In this document: in pieces, positions 1 through 11,889 of the stretch
Position numbering within the stretch: the stretch's first letter is position 1
Layout: the number at the start of each line of letters is the position of its first letter
The notes under the pieces: model-generated
Told to the model about the DNA's origin: nothing
What the model saw: only the letters and a program-made list of their open reading frames with translations
The model's database searches: none
Made by a program: the position numbers and the translations under genes
Source: Marsupella aquatica
Lineage: Eukaryota; Plantae; Marchantiophyta
Assembly: GCA_973895155.1 (NCBI GenBank)
Contig: OZ316899.1
Coordinates: 13,457,934 to 13,521,933, forward strand
Length of the DNA stretch: 64,000 nucleotides
Direction: 5' to 3'

Positions 1-1149
1 GCCATACCTGCAAGCGTCCATCCGTCCTCCTTCACAACACCATGTACAGCTTGCTCACAAGGCAACTTGTGATCAGACATCCAATATCAAAAACCATTCA
101 CTCCATTCCGGCATTCCTTGAGAGATTAAATACTGATGTTTGCGGCCCTATAGACCCACCTTGTGGACCTTTCCATTTTTTCTTAGCTATTATAGATTCC
201 TCAACCAAGTGGTCACAAATCTCCCTCCTTGAGCCTACCACTAGGGATTCAAAACAAGATTCCAGGACTGTCACTTCTATGAGAATATTTTCCCTAGCTA
301 AACTCAGAGAACAATCCCATTGACCCTACTGAAGTGCCCAAGTACACTGGCAAATGAAGCAGCTTTTTCTAAATGACCTAAGAACTAGACAAACAGATGA
401 TGAAATACAATGAATACTTTACCTTACTAAGATGATGGAAAAACTCCCTGATGTAGCTAATGTTACCCACTCCCACGTTGAAGCTGCGAATATAACTAAC
501 AGACAATATAGCATACTCAGCCAAGGCAGAGACGTACCTTGACAACAAGGATGGTTGAAATCCATCCAGATGTACCACCTACATCAAACCCACCACTACA
601 AGGTGAAAATAACAAAATCTCCATCCACTACATGCACACGGGCACAATCTGGTCACGAGAAAGCACTGAAATTAATGAACTCTTTGCATTTAATATATCC
701 CAAGAGATTACAAATGAAACCCCAGACCCAATAGCAGTTCTAGAGGCACAAAGAAGACCAGACTGGACCCAATGGGAGAATGCTATCAATTTTGAACTGG
801 ACTCTCTTATACCATATACAAAATTACGGGATACAAGTTTGTATTCATCAAGAACCGGAACGGACAAGGCGTTGTTGTTCGTTACAAAGCAAGACTAGTC
901 GCCAAGGGCTAGACCCAAATACCAGGCAGGGACTATGACCTGACATATGCTCCGATGATGGATGGTGTAACATACAAATATCTAATTGCATTTGCTCTTC
1001 TACACAAATTAGCAATGCATCTAATGGACGTAGTCACAACATATTTGTATGGCATCTTGGACATAGAGATTTACATGAAAGCACCTCCAGAATTACTACA
1101 GAGAATAGCACTCCATGTTCAGGGGCAGAAAGCACAATGTCTAGACCCA
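1..1149 (+). pseudogene. pol: Copia pol fragment (integrase remnant + RT N-terminus), frameshifted with internal deletions
   Basis: ORFs 42-323, 539-898 and 955-1149 carry copia integrase and RT motifs. Translation runs into the solo LTR at 1150. Confidence 0.85.
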
Positions 1150-4100
1150 TGTGACGCCGCCGGTACGGCGGGAAATGAGTGCTTCGGCCTAATCGTGCTT
1201 AGCATGTGCGTTAGGGGTATCTTAGGCCGTAATTATTAGAGCAACGATAGTATTTAGGTAGCTATTATGAGTAGAAAATCATTAGTCAATAAGGGGCATT
1301 TGTGTTCGGGCCGGCGACGGGTCGCCATTTGCACGCTCGGGTTGCGAGCATGTAATGGGCCCCTTCCTCGGGTCCGTATAACAAACTCCGAGAGGCAGCC
1401 ACTGACACACACTAACCCGGACTGGCGGAGTGGCCGGTACACTGCAAGTGTGAAAGGCTCGGCCTATAAGTGACGAGGAGGCGTCGGGCAACCGACGAGC
1501 TCTCAGGGTATACAACGGGGGCCAATCCTTTGCAGGGCACCAGTTCTTCAGTTCACGTGCCAGCTTCGACCCTAGTTCTCTCGCTTAGCCTTAGTCGCCT
1601 TCTATCTCCTCTGAATGTCGCACACAATCCTTTCCAGTTTGGCCATACAATTTTGGACGCAGTTCCTATCTATCGGAGGGCACTTGGCCGACTCATTGAA
1701 ACACGCCAACCCGCACCGATACAAAATTGAACGCGAATACAAGAGAGCCATCCGCCTAGCAGGCCGCCACCACTATCTCCTTAACTTTGACTACCCATCC
1801 CAGAGCGAGCTTTACCAACCCAAAGAGATATCAGGGTACTTCTTCGACGGAGGCAAATATATCGGCTTCTGGGAGGCACTGCTTCGGCTTCCGGACAAGG
1901 TCTTCAATATCCCAGGCACGATCAACTTACAGCGACACCACTTTGATCACATCCCCGCTCGGGTCCAGGCTATCATCAACAGCAAGTTCAACACTACCCG
2001 GTCGACAAGGCCGTCTACACTTGCTTCGGAAAACCTCCACTGGCACCTGTAGAACTTCATGGCAACTACACCATCAACGACCGGTGCCTGCCCGCCCGTG
2101 CCCGTACCCGCATCCACACCACCTCGGCCTCAGCCGAGCCAATCCCCGCCACCGATCGCACCACCTCTCCGAGTACAATCCATGGTGAATGCAGTGAATA
2201 TTAGCTCCAAAGACGAGGAGGCTCACCCCCCTCTGAATCGACGGCCGCGGGGTACGACTCAACAGGCGCCGAACAACCCGACGTCACTCCAGCAAGCCCG
2301 AGGGGATAACATGGTGACTCTAGCGGCCCCGGCACCAATACTCACGGCGGTAGCACTACCACCACCAGATAGGGAGGATGGGGAATTGTCCCCCTCTTCC
2401 AGTCACCCCGGGAATCAGTCCTGGGGAAGAAGAGGAAGGAACCCACAGCCGTATCCGGGTTGCCTTTGGACACGGTTGTGGTAGCCAAGCTGACCATGCA
2501 TGGCATGGGGGACAATGTTCACAAGAACATCCTCCACCCCAAGCATGCATGCTATCTGAAGACCCAAGGGTTTGAGTACCTCGCCTCTCTCCCTTGGAAC
2601 GGAAGCAAGTACTACGGGCAGGATATGACGGAGTTCATTCAAAACTTTGCCGAGGCCCGTCAACAAACCCGAGCGCACGGGAGAGTGATGTGTCTCAATG
2701 AGGCACATTTGAAGATGATTTTTGGCCTACCCGAGGGGATAAACGAGGCAGAGTCGCGAGCTCCTGGGGGCAAGGGAGCTAAATACCAGTCTTCTAGCTT
2801 CCCAACCGAGGGAGCAGTGGACAACGGATTCTTGATGAGGACGTGCCTCATCCCAGAAGTGGCAGAATGCCTGGAGTTCCAGCGGTATGCCCTCCACATG
2901 ATGGAACCCAGAGGTGAAATATCGGCCGCCCAGGTCATCCAGGTGGAGAACTATCGGCCCAGGAAGTGGGCGTCCTTCTTCGTCAAGAAGTTCCACGAGG
3001 AGATGGAGCGGAGAAGAAAGACTTTATACCTTGGCGGAAAGGCGTAGTTCGCTAGCCACATCAAAATCATCATTGAGTGGTATGCTCATTTGGACCGTCG
3101 CAACCTCCAACGTATCAATGAGCCCAAGCTAACCCCGTCAAAGTGGGTGTTTCCAGCCCAGGTGAGGTGACCGCAGCCCAAGGCCCAAAGTCTGGCAGCT
3201 GCAAGCCCTGCTACCCCGGCCCCGCAACCCGCTGTTGCCGCCCCGCCAAGCATACCATGGACGTCATCGCAACCTTAGACGCGATCAATTGGGTCAATGC
3301 AATCGAAGCCGGGCCGGATGAAGCCATACCAAAAACCAGATACCACGGTAGCCAAGGAGATTCCGCCACCCCGCGCGGTTGTGCAAGAGAACCGCCTAGC
3401 TCCAGTGGAACCAGCTCCTTCGACCGACTTACCTCAAGGGCTGGATGTTTCCACTCCTACTCCCGCACGGGTTGGAGTCTGTCCGTGCCCAAATCCAGAT
3501 GGACATAGTCTAGACCATCCGGAACTCTTTGCGCCGGGCACGTTTCTGAACGGGTTGTTGGGAGATTTCTCTCAACAGATCTCATGGGACACCGGGGAAT
3601 ACATGGCCCAAAAGGTGGCCCACTTCTTCAACCAGGAGTTGGTTGCGGTTGTAAAAGCAGGACATGCGCAGGCAGAGATAGCGCAAAGAATAGAGCGATA
3701 CCGGGTTGAGTCTGCCTACCTGAAGGACGAAGTGGCAACCCTGGAGGCTGAACTCCAGCAACTGCGGCCTCAGGTAACGGCCACGGAGGACCAGGTTGCC
3801 AAGGCCAGGGCCCGGGCAACTTTAGCAGAACAGGCCGGGCTCAAAAAGGACGTCGAGATTGCACGGTTCCGGACAAAGATCGATGGTTTGAAGGGACAAA
3901 CCGTCATTTGGCAGAAGGATCTGGAGGACACTGACTCTCGGTCTCAACGGGACACAGCCGAGATTGACACCCTGAAGATAGAGGTGGCGCGGCTTCAAGG
4001 AGAAGCCATGAAGCAGGCACAGTTGGTGGATAAGTTGACGAACGACGCCCAGCAACTGGAGGAGGCATGCCAACAAGCGGCGGAAGAGGCGGATGCGGCA

Positions 4101-5117
4101 AAGCGAGAGAACAAATCTCTACTGGACCAGGTCCAGCTACTCAAGCAGGATGCCGATAGGCTTAGGAGGCAGCGGGATAGTCGCTCTCACTCAGGCGGCT
4201 CTGGCAAGCGTGCCAGGCATTAGCGGTAGAGTAGGATTAAAATAGAGTTAGGAATAGCTAAAACAGGCTATAGGGACAAGAGCCTGCCCTGGTTAGAGCG
4301 GCACTGCCATGTTGTCCAGCCTGCGTAGATTAGGATCTTCTAATAAGACAAGCCGTTTTACGGCCTGACAGCCAGCTTAGTTAGGATCTTAGTTAGCAAA
4401 TCTTCGGGCACGAGGCCACTCCGGTCCTTGGCTCTTAGTATTTAGTGCACCCCTCGGTAGAGGCGAGGGGGGGTTTGTTAGTCTCAAAGTGGGGCATCCG
4501 CGGTATGTGCGGGGAGTCCCGACCTCTACGAGTGAAAGAGTACCAAGGGGAGGGGGTAGGACTAAGCTTGCTGGGCGAGTGCGGAGCCGGGCTCCATTTT
4601 AGTGTACACCCTTGGCCTTGGACCTGTTCATTCGAGAGGTTTTGGGTCAACTAAGTGTACGTGTATGTCCCCTATGTAGTAAAATCCTTTCCCATTATTA
4701 CCTTCGTGTAAATCAAGATTGTGTGCTTGCATGTGCATATGTGTGAATCTCGTGTATGGGTGCCAACGCTTGGCCAAACACACTACCTGAGCCATGCACG
4801 GGGTGCAGCTTGCGGGTAAGTGGTTGCAAGCCCAGGTTGAGTGACCGTATCATCAAATCCGGATCGAAGGCGGACAGCACAAAGGCTTAAAAGCCCGTAA
4901 GCCGGGGTTGATCTCGCTATCGACTAAGGTATGTGCCGGCGGTGGAACACAAACCATACCTAGGAAGGGTCCGTAAATAATAGTAGACGCACTTAGCGCT
5001 AGTTTACGTGAGTTAGGTGCATTTTGGGCTTCCCTCCCTGCCCGAACCCTCATATTTACAAAGGATGTGCTTGTCTAAGCCGAAGCCCGGTTTAAGGCCT
5101 AGGCTGACGACGTGACA
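1150..5117 (+). mobile_element. Solo LTR (family A, 3968 bp) of the gene-in-LTR gypsy family
   Basis: TGTGACG...CGTGACA termini. 5-bp TSD ACCCA at 1145-1149 and 5118-5122. Colinear with the LTRs of the 18590-32695 element. Confidence 0.95.
1615..4223 (+). pseudogene. LTR-encoded ~870-aa protein, disrupted copy
   Basis: MSHTILSS... to ...GGSGKRARH*, pieced from ORFs 1615-2052, 2059-2484, 2460-3047 and 3297-4223. TAG stops at 2050 and 3045 plus frameshifts. Confidence 0.9.
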
Positions 5118-5122
5118 ACCCA

Positions 5123-6569
5123 GATCTACAATTTGGAACTAACCAAATTGCTCCTGTTGAGAATTTCAAAGTGCATAATAGTCCATACACACAGCAAATA
5201 GCCAAATACAAACATTCAGATCTGAGGGCATAAGAATCACACCTACAGCAGATTCAAGAGGACCTCATACACAAGGACTCCCAGCCCAACAAAAATAAGG
5301 TGTGCTACCCACACAGAAGGGCCACAGACGGCCTATTGCCATTCTTGATGCAATTGTGGCAACCAACAACAAGAAAAGTCAGCGCACATTTGCAATGAAG
5401 GTCTTACGTTCCATATACGGCCTAAACCAGAGTGGCCGCATCTGGTATCAGCAGTTAAAGCTAAGATACTGTCCCTTAATTTCATTAACAATATATGATA
5501 TTGCACCATGGTTGTTCATGAAACATATTGGCAACAAGTTTGTGATTATCGCTATATATGTCAATGACATTAATATATTTGGGACACCTACACTTACAAC
5601 TCAGATAACAGAGAAACTGAAAAGCATCTTCAAAATGAAGGACCTTGGTCAACCCACTTTTTGTCTGGGATTATAGTTTGATACCTTCCTGACGACATAT
5701 TGATTCACCAATCGACATACACAACAAAGATTATAAAACAGTTCAATATGCACCATGCTCGCCCTACAAGCACACCGATGAACTTACGTTCTTTAAATCC
5801 TGACAAAGATATGTTCAAGAAGAGATTAGACACAGAACCAGTACTCAGCTCTGAGATACAATACCATTCAACTATCGGGGCACTGATGTAGTTGGCCAAC
5901 CAGACCAGGCCAGATATTGCATTTGCTGTTAGCCTATTGGCTCGCCACAGTGCCCAACCAACAATTCGCCATTGGAATGGTGTCAAGCATATATTTTGAT
6001 ATCTCCAGGGTACTATGGATATGGGATTATACTTCCCAAAGAACTTACAGTACCAAGGAACTTACCGGTTATGCTGATGTAGGATACTTATCTGATCTCG
6101 ATGATTCTAAATCACAAACAGGCTACATTTTTCTTCAAGGATCCACTGCAATATCCTGGAAGAGTTTGAAATAGACATTGACAACCACATCCTCAAACCA
6201 CTCCAAAATTATCGCACTGTATGAAGCCTACAGAGAGTGTATGTGGTTACGCCAGATTCTTGATCACATTAACAGGTGCTGCGGTCTTCCTCTCCTACAA
6301 AACCTAATAATGATTTATGAAGACAATAGACCTTGCGTTGATCACATAGCACAAGGTTTTATCAAGGGCGAACGGATCAAAATATTTCCCCTAAGTTTTT
6401 CTTTACACATGAACAACATGGAGATCAAATACAGGTTGAATGGATCCTGACATCAGATAACAGAGCAAATATTTTTACGAAACCTTTACCACCAGCATTA
6501 CACAAAGAACATACGTTTGGCATCGGACTTTGCAAAGTTTCCTACTTAACAAATATGGAACTTATATGA
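5123..6569 (+). pseudogene. pol: Copia pol fragment (RT C-terminus + RNase H)
   Basis: ORFs 5302-5676, 5700-5891, 5917-6174 and 6178-6450 with [41 protein letters not shown]. Confidence 0.85.
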
Positions 6570-7118
6570 GAAAAGAACAAACTGACTTAGTGATCCAACA
6601 CTGAACCACACGACAATGAAACATGATGACAAAGCGACGAGGCACCACATGACAACGGAACAACAAGCCAACACTTGACACTTCTTGATCTGTCTCCCTA
6701 CCACACCACATTAATTAGACGGAACACCACCGACTCACTAAGTCCTCCCTTGCAATCTTAAAGTACAATGACATTGTTTTGCACCCTAAACACCCATTTA
6801 GTCATATTTTCATGACACTTAACCTAATAATATAAACACAATGAACATTTTTTTAGACTTCAACCATAAAACACTTATATTTTACACTTATCTCCCCATT
6901 ACTCATGTACTGAGAACCCATAACTATTCAACTTTTTCCACAAATTGATTACATAGAATATGGTCTCATCCAATGTACGGTGGTGGCACTCTTTCCCCTA
7001 GAAGAAAGCGGAGGGGTTTTAATGAGACCACACCATTTTTGGCTACACCATACTAATTACAACATTAGGGTTAGCTAGCATTTACTTTTATGTGGTTGAT
7101 TAGATATTTCAATCAACC

Positions 7119-7127
7119 AAGGGGGAG
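7119..7127 (+). other. Polypurine tract of copia element
   Basis: AAGGGGGAG immediately before TGTTATGAG. The equivalent motif lies on the minus strand at 54057-54065. Confidence 0.7.
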
Positions 7128-7267
7128 TGTTATGAGCTAAACACTAACCCTAGTTAAGAGAATAAACCTAACCTTAGTTACCTGAACCAGAGACACTTAG
7201 AGGCAGTTACATAACCGTCAACACTCTATCTACTTAGATAGACAATCATGTACCTCCTATTTGATTC

Positions 7268-10200
7268 TCATTCTATGAAGTATGTGGTGATTGAAGTATT
7301 ACTCTGATCTATGCTATGATTTATCATATTAAAAATAATATTTTTGAGCATGTGTCGGGGCTTGGCGTGCGGATTGAAAAATCCTCCTTGAATTTTGACC
7401 ATCTCAAACATTGGAGCTTGCCGCAATATATCTGCCATATCAAATGCAAGAGATTGCTCCTCCATCTCATTCTCTTTTCCCTTGCCTTTCTCTTGCTTGT
7501 CAGCCTTCACTTCAATATTGAAATCATAGTCTACATTGGGGTGAAAACAAAATCTTGAATTGAACTCTGGCTTAAACAATTGATTCCAATCAAAATTGTC
7601 TTCACCTGTAATTCCAGCAAAAATTACCTGCTCAATAGCTCTTGTAAAAATTAAGGCCTATGGATTTGGGCGATCTTCCCAATCATAACTCCCATATTCA
7701 ACATGAACGGCCAAACACTTTTCATGTCCTAATTTCCTTAGGGCACTCAAGATGTTGGCCAGAAGTGGCCTTGGATGAGTAGTCATGACAACAACAATTG
7801 TTGTATTCCTTGGCAACTCCACAATACATTGGAGTAATACAAAAATTTCTGAATCTGTCCATTCATGTTGCCGTGCCCTACTAAAATTAACAATTGCAAG
7901 TGGACACATTGGCGTCGCCTCTTCCAATAACTTTGGCGTGGTTGTCTTCATTAGATTCTCACTAAAGAACGTCAAGAAAGGCTTTGTTTGTGTGCCCCCA
8001 ACTCCACCAAATTGTTTGCAATACAACCTGTCTAGTCTCACCATTAGACTTTGAGGGAAAGCCTCCTTCGTAATGTTCTTTCTTAATAAACTGCTAAGGT
8101 AGACCTCCCCAGCTGCTCTTCTCAATTTTGTCAACTCAAGTTGAGATCCCAGGGTCGGCAAGATGCTGACCAACGAAACCCACAATGTCCCCCCAGGAAA
8201 CTTCTCCTTATGCTTATCAACAAAGTACTCAACAATGACTTGTTTCAATTTAGTCATTACCTTGATGGTATGAGCCATATTTGGCATTGACACCGGATCC
8301 ATCTTGTTGGAGGTATCTTTCTTGAGAAGTGCTTTCTTCTCAAGAACCGCGGTCAATATATCAATGATATCTTTAGAACTGATCTCTCCTTCAAAACATT
8401 TAAACAGAGTAGGCATGACCAATTGTAGGGACCACAACCCACCATACTCTCCTGTGCTGCCTGGGAGCTTCCCTAACACCATTCCCAACAAACTGTTTGC
8501 CATAAATGGAAAAGATTATCCTCAGCAAAGAGCAACCAAAAAATGCTCTTCAAGCTTGACTTTCCCATTGTAACCTTTGCAAGGGAAAACCAATCTTGCA
8601 TTTACATAAATCAACCAAAAAACATTTAGATGTTTCAACTTCTTTAGCCTCGCACCTAGAGCAAGGCAAAGCAAATGAAAATGGTTGAGGCCATCATTGT
8701 ATTCAAAATGCAATTCCTTTTGGGTTGCTCCAAGAGCGAGGCAAAACTAAAACACAATTCCAACTAAAGCAAAATTTTACCTGGTATTTTTGGTTGTCTG
8801 TATTTTGGTTTATTCCAATTCCTGGACGGGGTGGTTTCCCACATTCATCAAATTGCCTTCTTGAATGAACAACTATCTCTAGAAAACAAGACTTAAACTG
8901 CATTTGAAAGGCTCGAGTGCTTGACCAAAATTGCCCTTGGAGTGAGGTCTGATAAGATCCTCGCTTTTTGATACTGGGTTTTGCTAGCAAGATCAGTTAG
9001 CTTGGTGTCCTTTTGTGCCCACCCTTGAATCCATTGTGTAGCCTTTGCAGAGTGGTGCCCAATGATTGCAAGAAACTAGATCTCTTGCTTCTTAACACCA
9101 AACAAAATTGCTTCCAATCTCGTGCGGTATTGTCAGAATGTAACAACTGCTTAGTGCGCTCTAGATATGGAATCAAATCTGCAACATGTGGTTCCTGGCC
9201 AGGGTTTTTCATCATTGATTTTGCTATCTCTAATGCATGAGCCTGGTTGAACATCCGATAGTTACACAAAAACTGCTGAAGGTGGAAGAATACATTTAAT
9301 CGGGATTTCAAATACCTCCCTAATTCCAAAAGTGTAGTATTGCTTGATGTTATGCAAAGCTTCTTGCCCTTTCAATACATCTCGTTCCTCTAGTGCATCT
9401 GTTGGGCATGTATCATCCTCAGTATGCAAGACCAACCTTGCCTTTGACACTGACACGGGCTTTGATTTTCCAATCTTGGCCTTCTTCTTGGCGGAATCCT
9501 TAGCTTTCTCCTTCAACGCAATCTTTTTTCCTCTAGAACTTCCTTCACTCCTTGGCTCTCTTTGCTTTTGTCTTCTTTTGTGTTTCAGCTAGTGTCATTT
9601 CTTTGGCCTTCATCTTCATCTTCCCCTTACCTTGATGCTTTACCATAGAACAAATACTAGTCTCCAAGCGCGCTATCCACTCCACGTTGATAATTGAGGA
9701 GTACATCTTGATTGGCAAGTAAAGTCTCATCCACTGAGATCTTTCTTTGGATTCAATAATAATTGTAAAGTGTGGTTATGATTGAAATTTACAAGGACCA
9801 CAGGGCCCAGCCCAACTATCTTCTTGTCGTTCATTGTCTCAATAGTAACTGCCTTGATACAAATCATCGAGAACTCATTCTCCATGATCCCTACTTCAAG
9901 TGCTCAAGAAAATCCGGCCTTATCTTGTCTAGGGAAAATAAAGTCCTTGACATCCTTGTCCATAATATTTAACTCTGGGGATCCAAGCTGTTCTCCTGGC
10001 AAAAAAAATGAAAGGACAAACTGTTACTTAAGAAACATTAAAGCAAGAGATCTTGTGTGTTGCCTTGCTCCAGGAGCGTCCCAGAGACAAGGTCTACAAC
10101 TTTTAGACAAAGTTTCAAACTAAAAATGAAGGTTGGGTCGTTCCAAGAGTGACCCAAGGAAAACTTGAGACAAGGTCCACCCAACGACAAATTGGGTCAC

Positions 10201-10647
10201 TCTTAGAGCAACCTACAGCAAACTTGAGGCAAGATAGGGTCGCTCTAAGAGCAACCTGTTGTACACACAACTAGAAAGTTGGGTTGCAGTCCGACAACAT
10301 ACCAAAGAAATGTAGAATTCAAGAAAAATATCATTGCAACTTGGAAGAAAGTTTGGATCATTGTTGGAGCGACCCTAACTTGCATCATTTGTTGAAGAAG
10401 ACTTACATGGAACAGTGATATGAACTCCCTTTGAGGCGGCCAAAGTGGACTCCATCGACATCTTTAGTAAAGTGTCTTGAGAATCATACTCAAAGATTTT
10501 ACTAGAATCAAAGTTCAGGGACTGCCCAGAACTAGAAGTGCTAGTAGAATCATCAGAACTAGAGGAAGTGGCCATTAAAAATTCTTGACAAACGTTTAGA
10601 TGACACATGGCAGCTGTTTGTCCAAAAAGGCAAAGACATTGCCTCAT
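7268..10647 (-). pseudogene. Degraded multi-exon gene with a ParB/Srx-like motif, probably TE-borne
   Basis: Minus-strand ORF chain 10375-10647, 9545-9730, 9262-9516, 8997-9329, 7658-8503, 7268-7579. Frameshift repair gives FEIPIKCILPP...NYR...HALEIAKSMM...P.VADLIPY...FLAIIGHHSAKA...ILVKHSSLSN. Confidence 0.45.
10063..10375. repeat. Cluster of degenerate 21-bp palindromes, consensus GGGTCGCTC-n3-GAGCGACCC
   Basis: Copies at about 10063-10082, 10135-10155, 10194-10214, 10237-10257 and 10355-10375, plus one at 8722-8742. Confidence 0.7.
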
Positions 10648-11409
10648 TGTCTACAGCTGGACCACGCCACGTAGCAAGGCCACGAAGCAAGGCCAAGGAG
10701 CGAGGCAAAAAAATCTATTGTGAGCAAGGCAAAACTTGTCCACAGGAGCAAGGCAAGAAGGAGGAGGAGAACCAGGGCAATCGGGCAAGAAGACGGAGGA
10801 GGAGGAGGGGCAAAAAGCAGATGCAAGAAGACAATGAGGGCAAATGAGGCAACATCTTTGCCTTTGCCTTCCTATACCCTGCGCTGACACCCAGCCACGG
10901 CCCATCATACCTTTGCCTTGCGCAAACAGGCCACTTGCTCCCTTCCACGCGCCTGTGTACTCGCAACCCTCATAATGACCTAGCTGTACGGGTGTCCATA
11001 GAATTTGAATAATGATGTGGCCGTACGGGTGTCCACAAAATGCCGATCAGACTTTCAGCTACGCAATGTTATGAACCCCTGACAAACTTGGCTAAAGCCT
11101 ACTCACAAATGGTATAAAGTTGTACAGTTCCAATGATTTCTCTCTTTTGTATTGTGCGTGCGTTTCTGGTCATTGCTCTCTCTCAGTCTCGCCCGTGTCT
11201 ATCTTGATTCTATTGGGTGACTGACTCAACTGACTTGGACATTTATAGTTACAAGAGTTCATGCAAGCAAAGTCCTGTTTCAAGTACATTGGATTAGTTT
11301 TGGGGTCCTTGGTGGCCAACACGTCTTGTACAGTCCTTGAGAGAGATATTACTTCATCTACCACTCTCTTAATTTGTTGACAATTATATCCACCAATAAA
11401 TTGGTCATA

Positions 11410-11760
11410 TGTGACGTCGCCAACACGGCTCGTAATAAGTAATCCAGCTTAACTCGTGCTAAGCACATACAAAGTGGACTTAGTAGTGCATAGTATTAGC
11501 ATAGTGACACAAAATTAGTTAGTCATGATGATTAGGACAAGTTTAGTCAATAAAGAGCATTCATGCTCGGGCCCACGCACCGTTGGATTACAAGCGAGTT
11601 ATGGCCGTCTACCTCCAATCCGTATAACTCATCCAGGAGGTGGCCCTCTGACACGCCCTAACCCGGACCTGAGGAATGGCTGGTACACTTTAAGCGTGAG
11701 GGACTTGGCCTATCAGAAGCAGGAGGGGTCGATCGGTTGACGCCCTGGCCCCACAAACAG
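11410..11760 (+). repeat. Left piece of the old element's 5' LTR (internal deletion of roughly 1.7 kb near 11737)
   Basis: Homologous to the family-A LTR start. 11738-11760 joins 33008+ as DALAPQTAIEAP, which matches the middle of the LTR ORF. Confidence 0.7.
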
Positions 11761-11889
11761 TGTGACACGGGTAACATGTCACTTAACCGAACGTAGCTCC
11801 TAGATTAAGACTTATACGGTCATTAGGACCGTAGCCGTAGCGTAGAATAGCACAAATAGTTGTCTTTGCCATTATGAATAGATTAGGAG

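Larger units (their letters stand above)
1..7270 (+). mobile_element. Degenerate Ty1/copia LTR retrotransposon (Bianca-like), 5' part outside window, split by a gypsy solo LTR
   Basis: INT-RT-RH order. Motifs include LERLNTDVCGPIDPPCGPF (integrase), HLMDVVTTYLYG, RSIYGLNQSG, YVND, GYADVGYLSD (RNase H). PPT AAGGGGGAG at 7119-7127 is followed by TGTTATG at 7128. The LTR 3' end is not resolved. Confidence 0.85.

Noticed and set aside
10063-10375. CRISPR-like array
   Set aside because: Repeats are degenerate with irregular spacing, there are no cas genes, and the context is eukaryotic TE sequence.
10984-11409. Duplicated GTACGGGTGTCCA motif and a possible LTR start TGTTATGAA at 11067
   Set aside because: No partner terminus or TSD is visible in the window, so no element can be defined.
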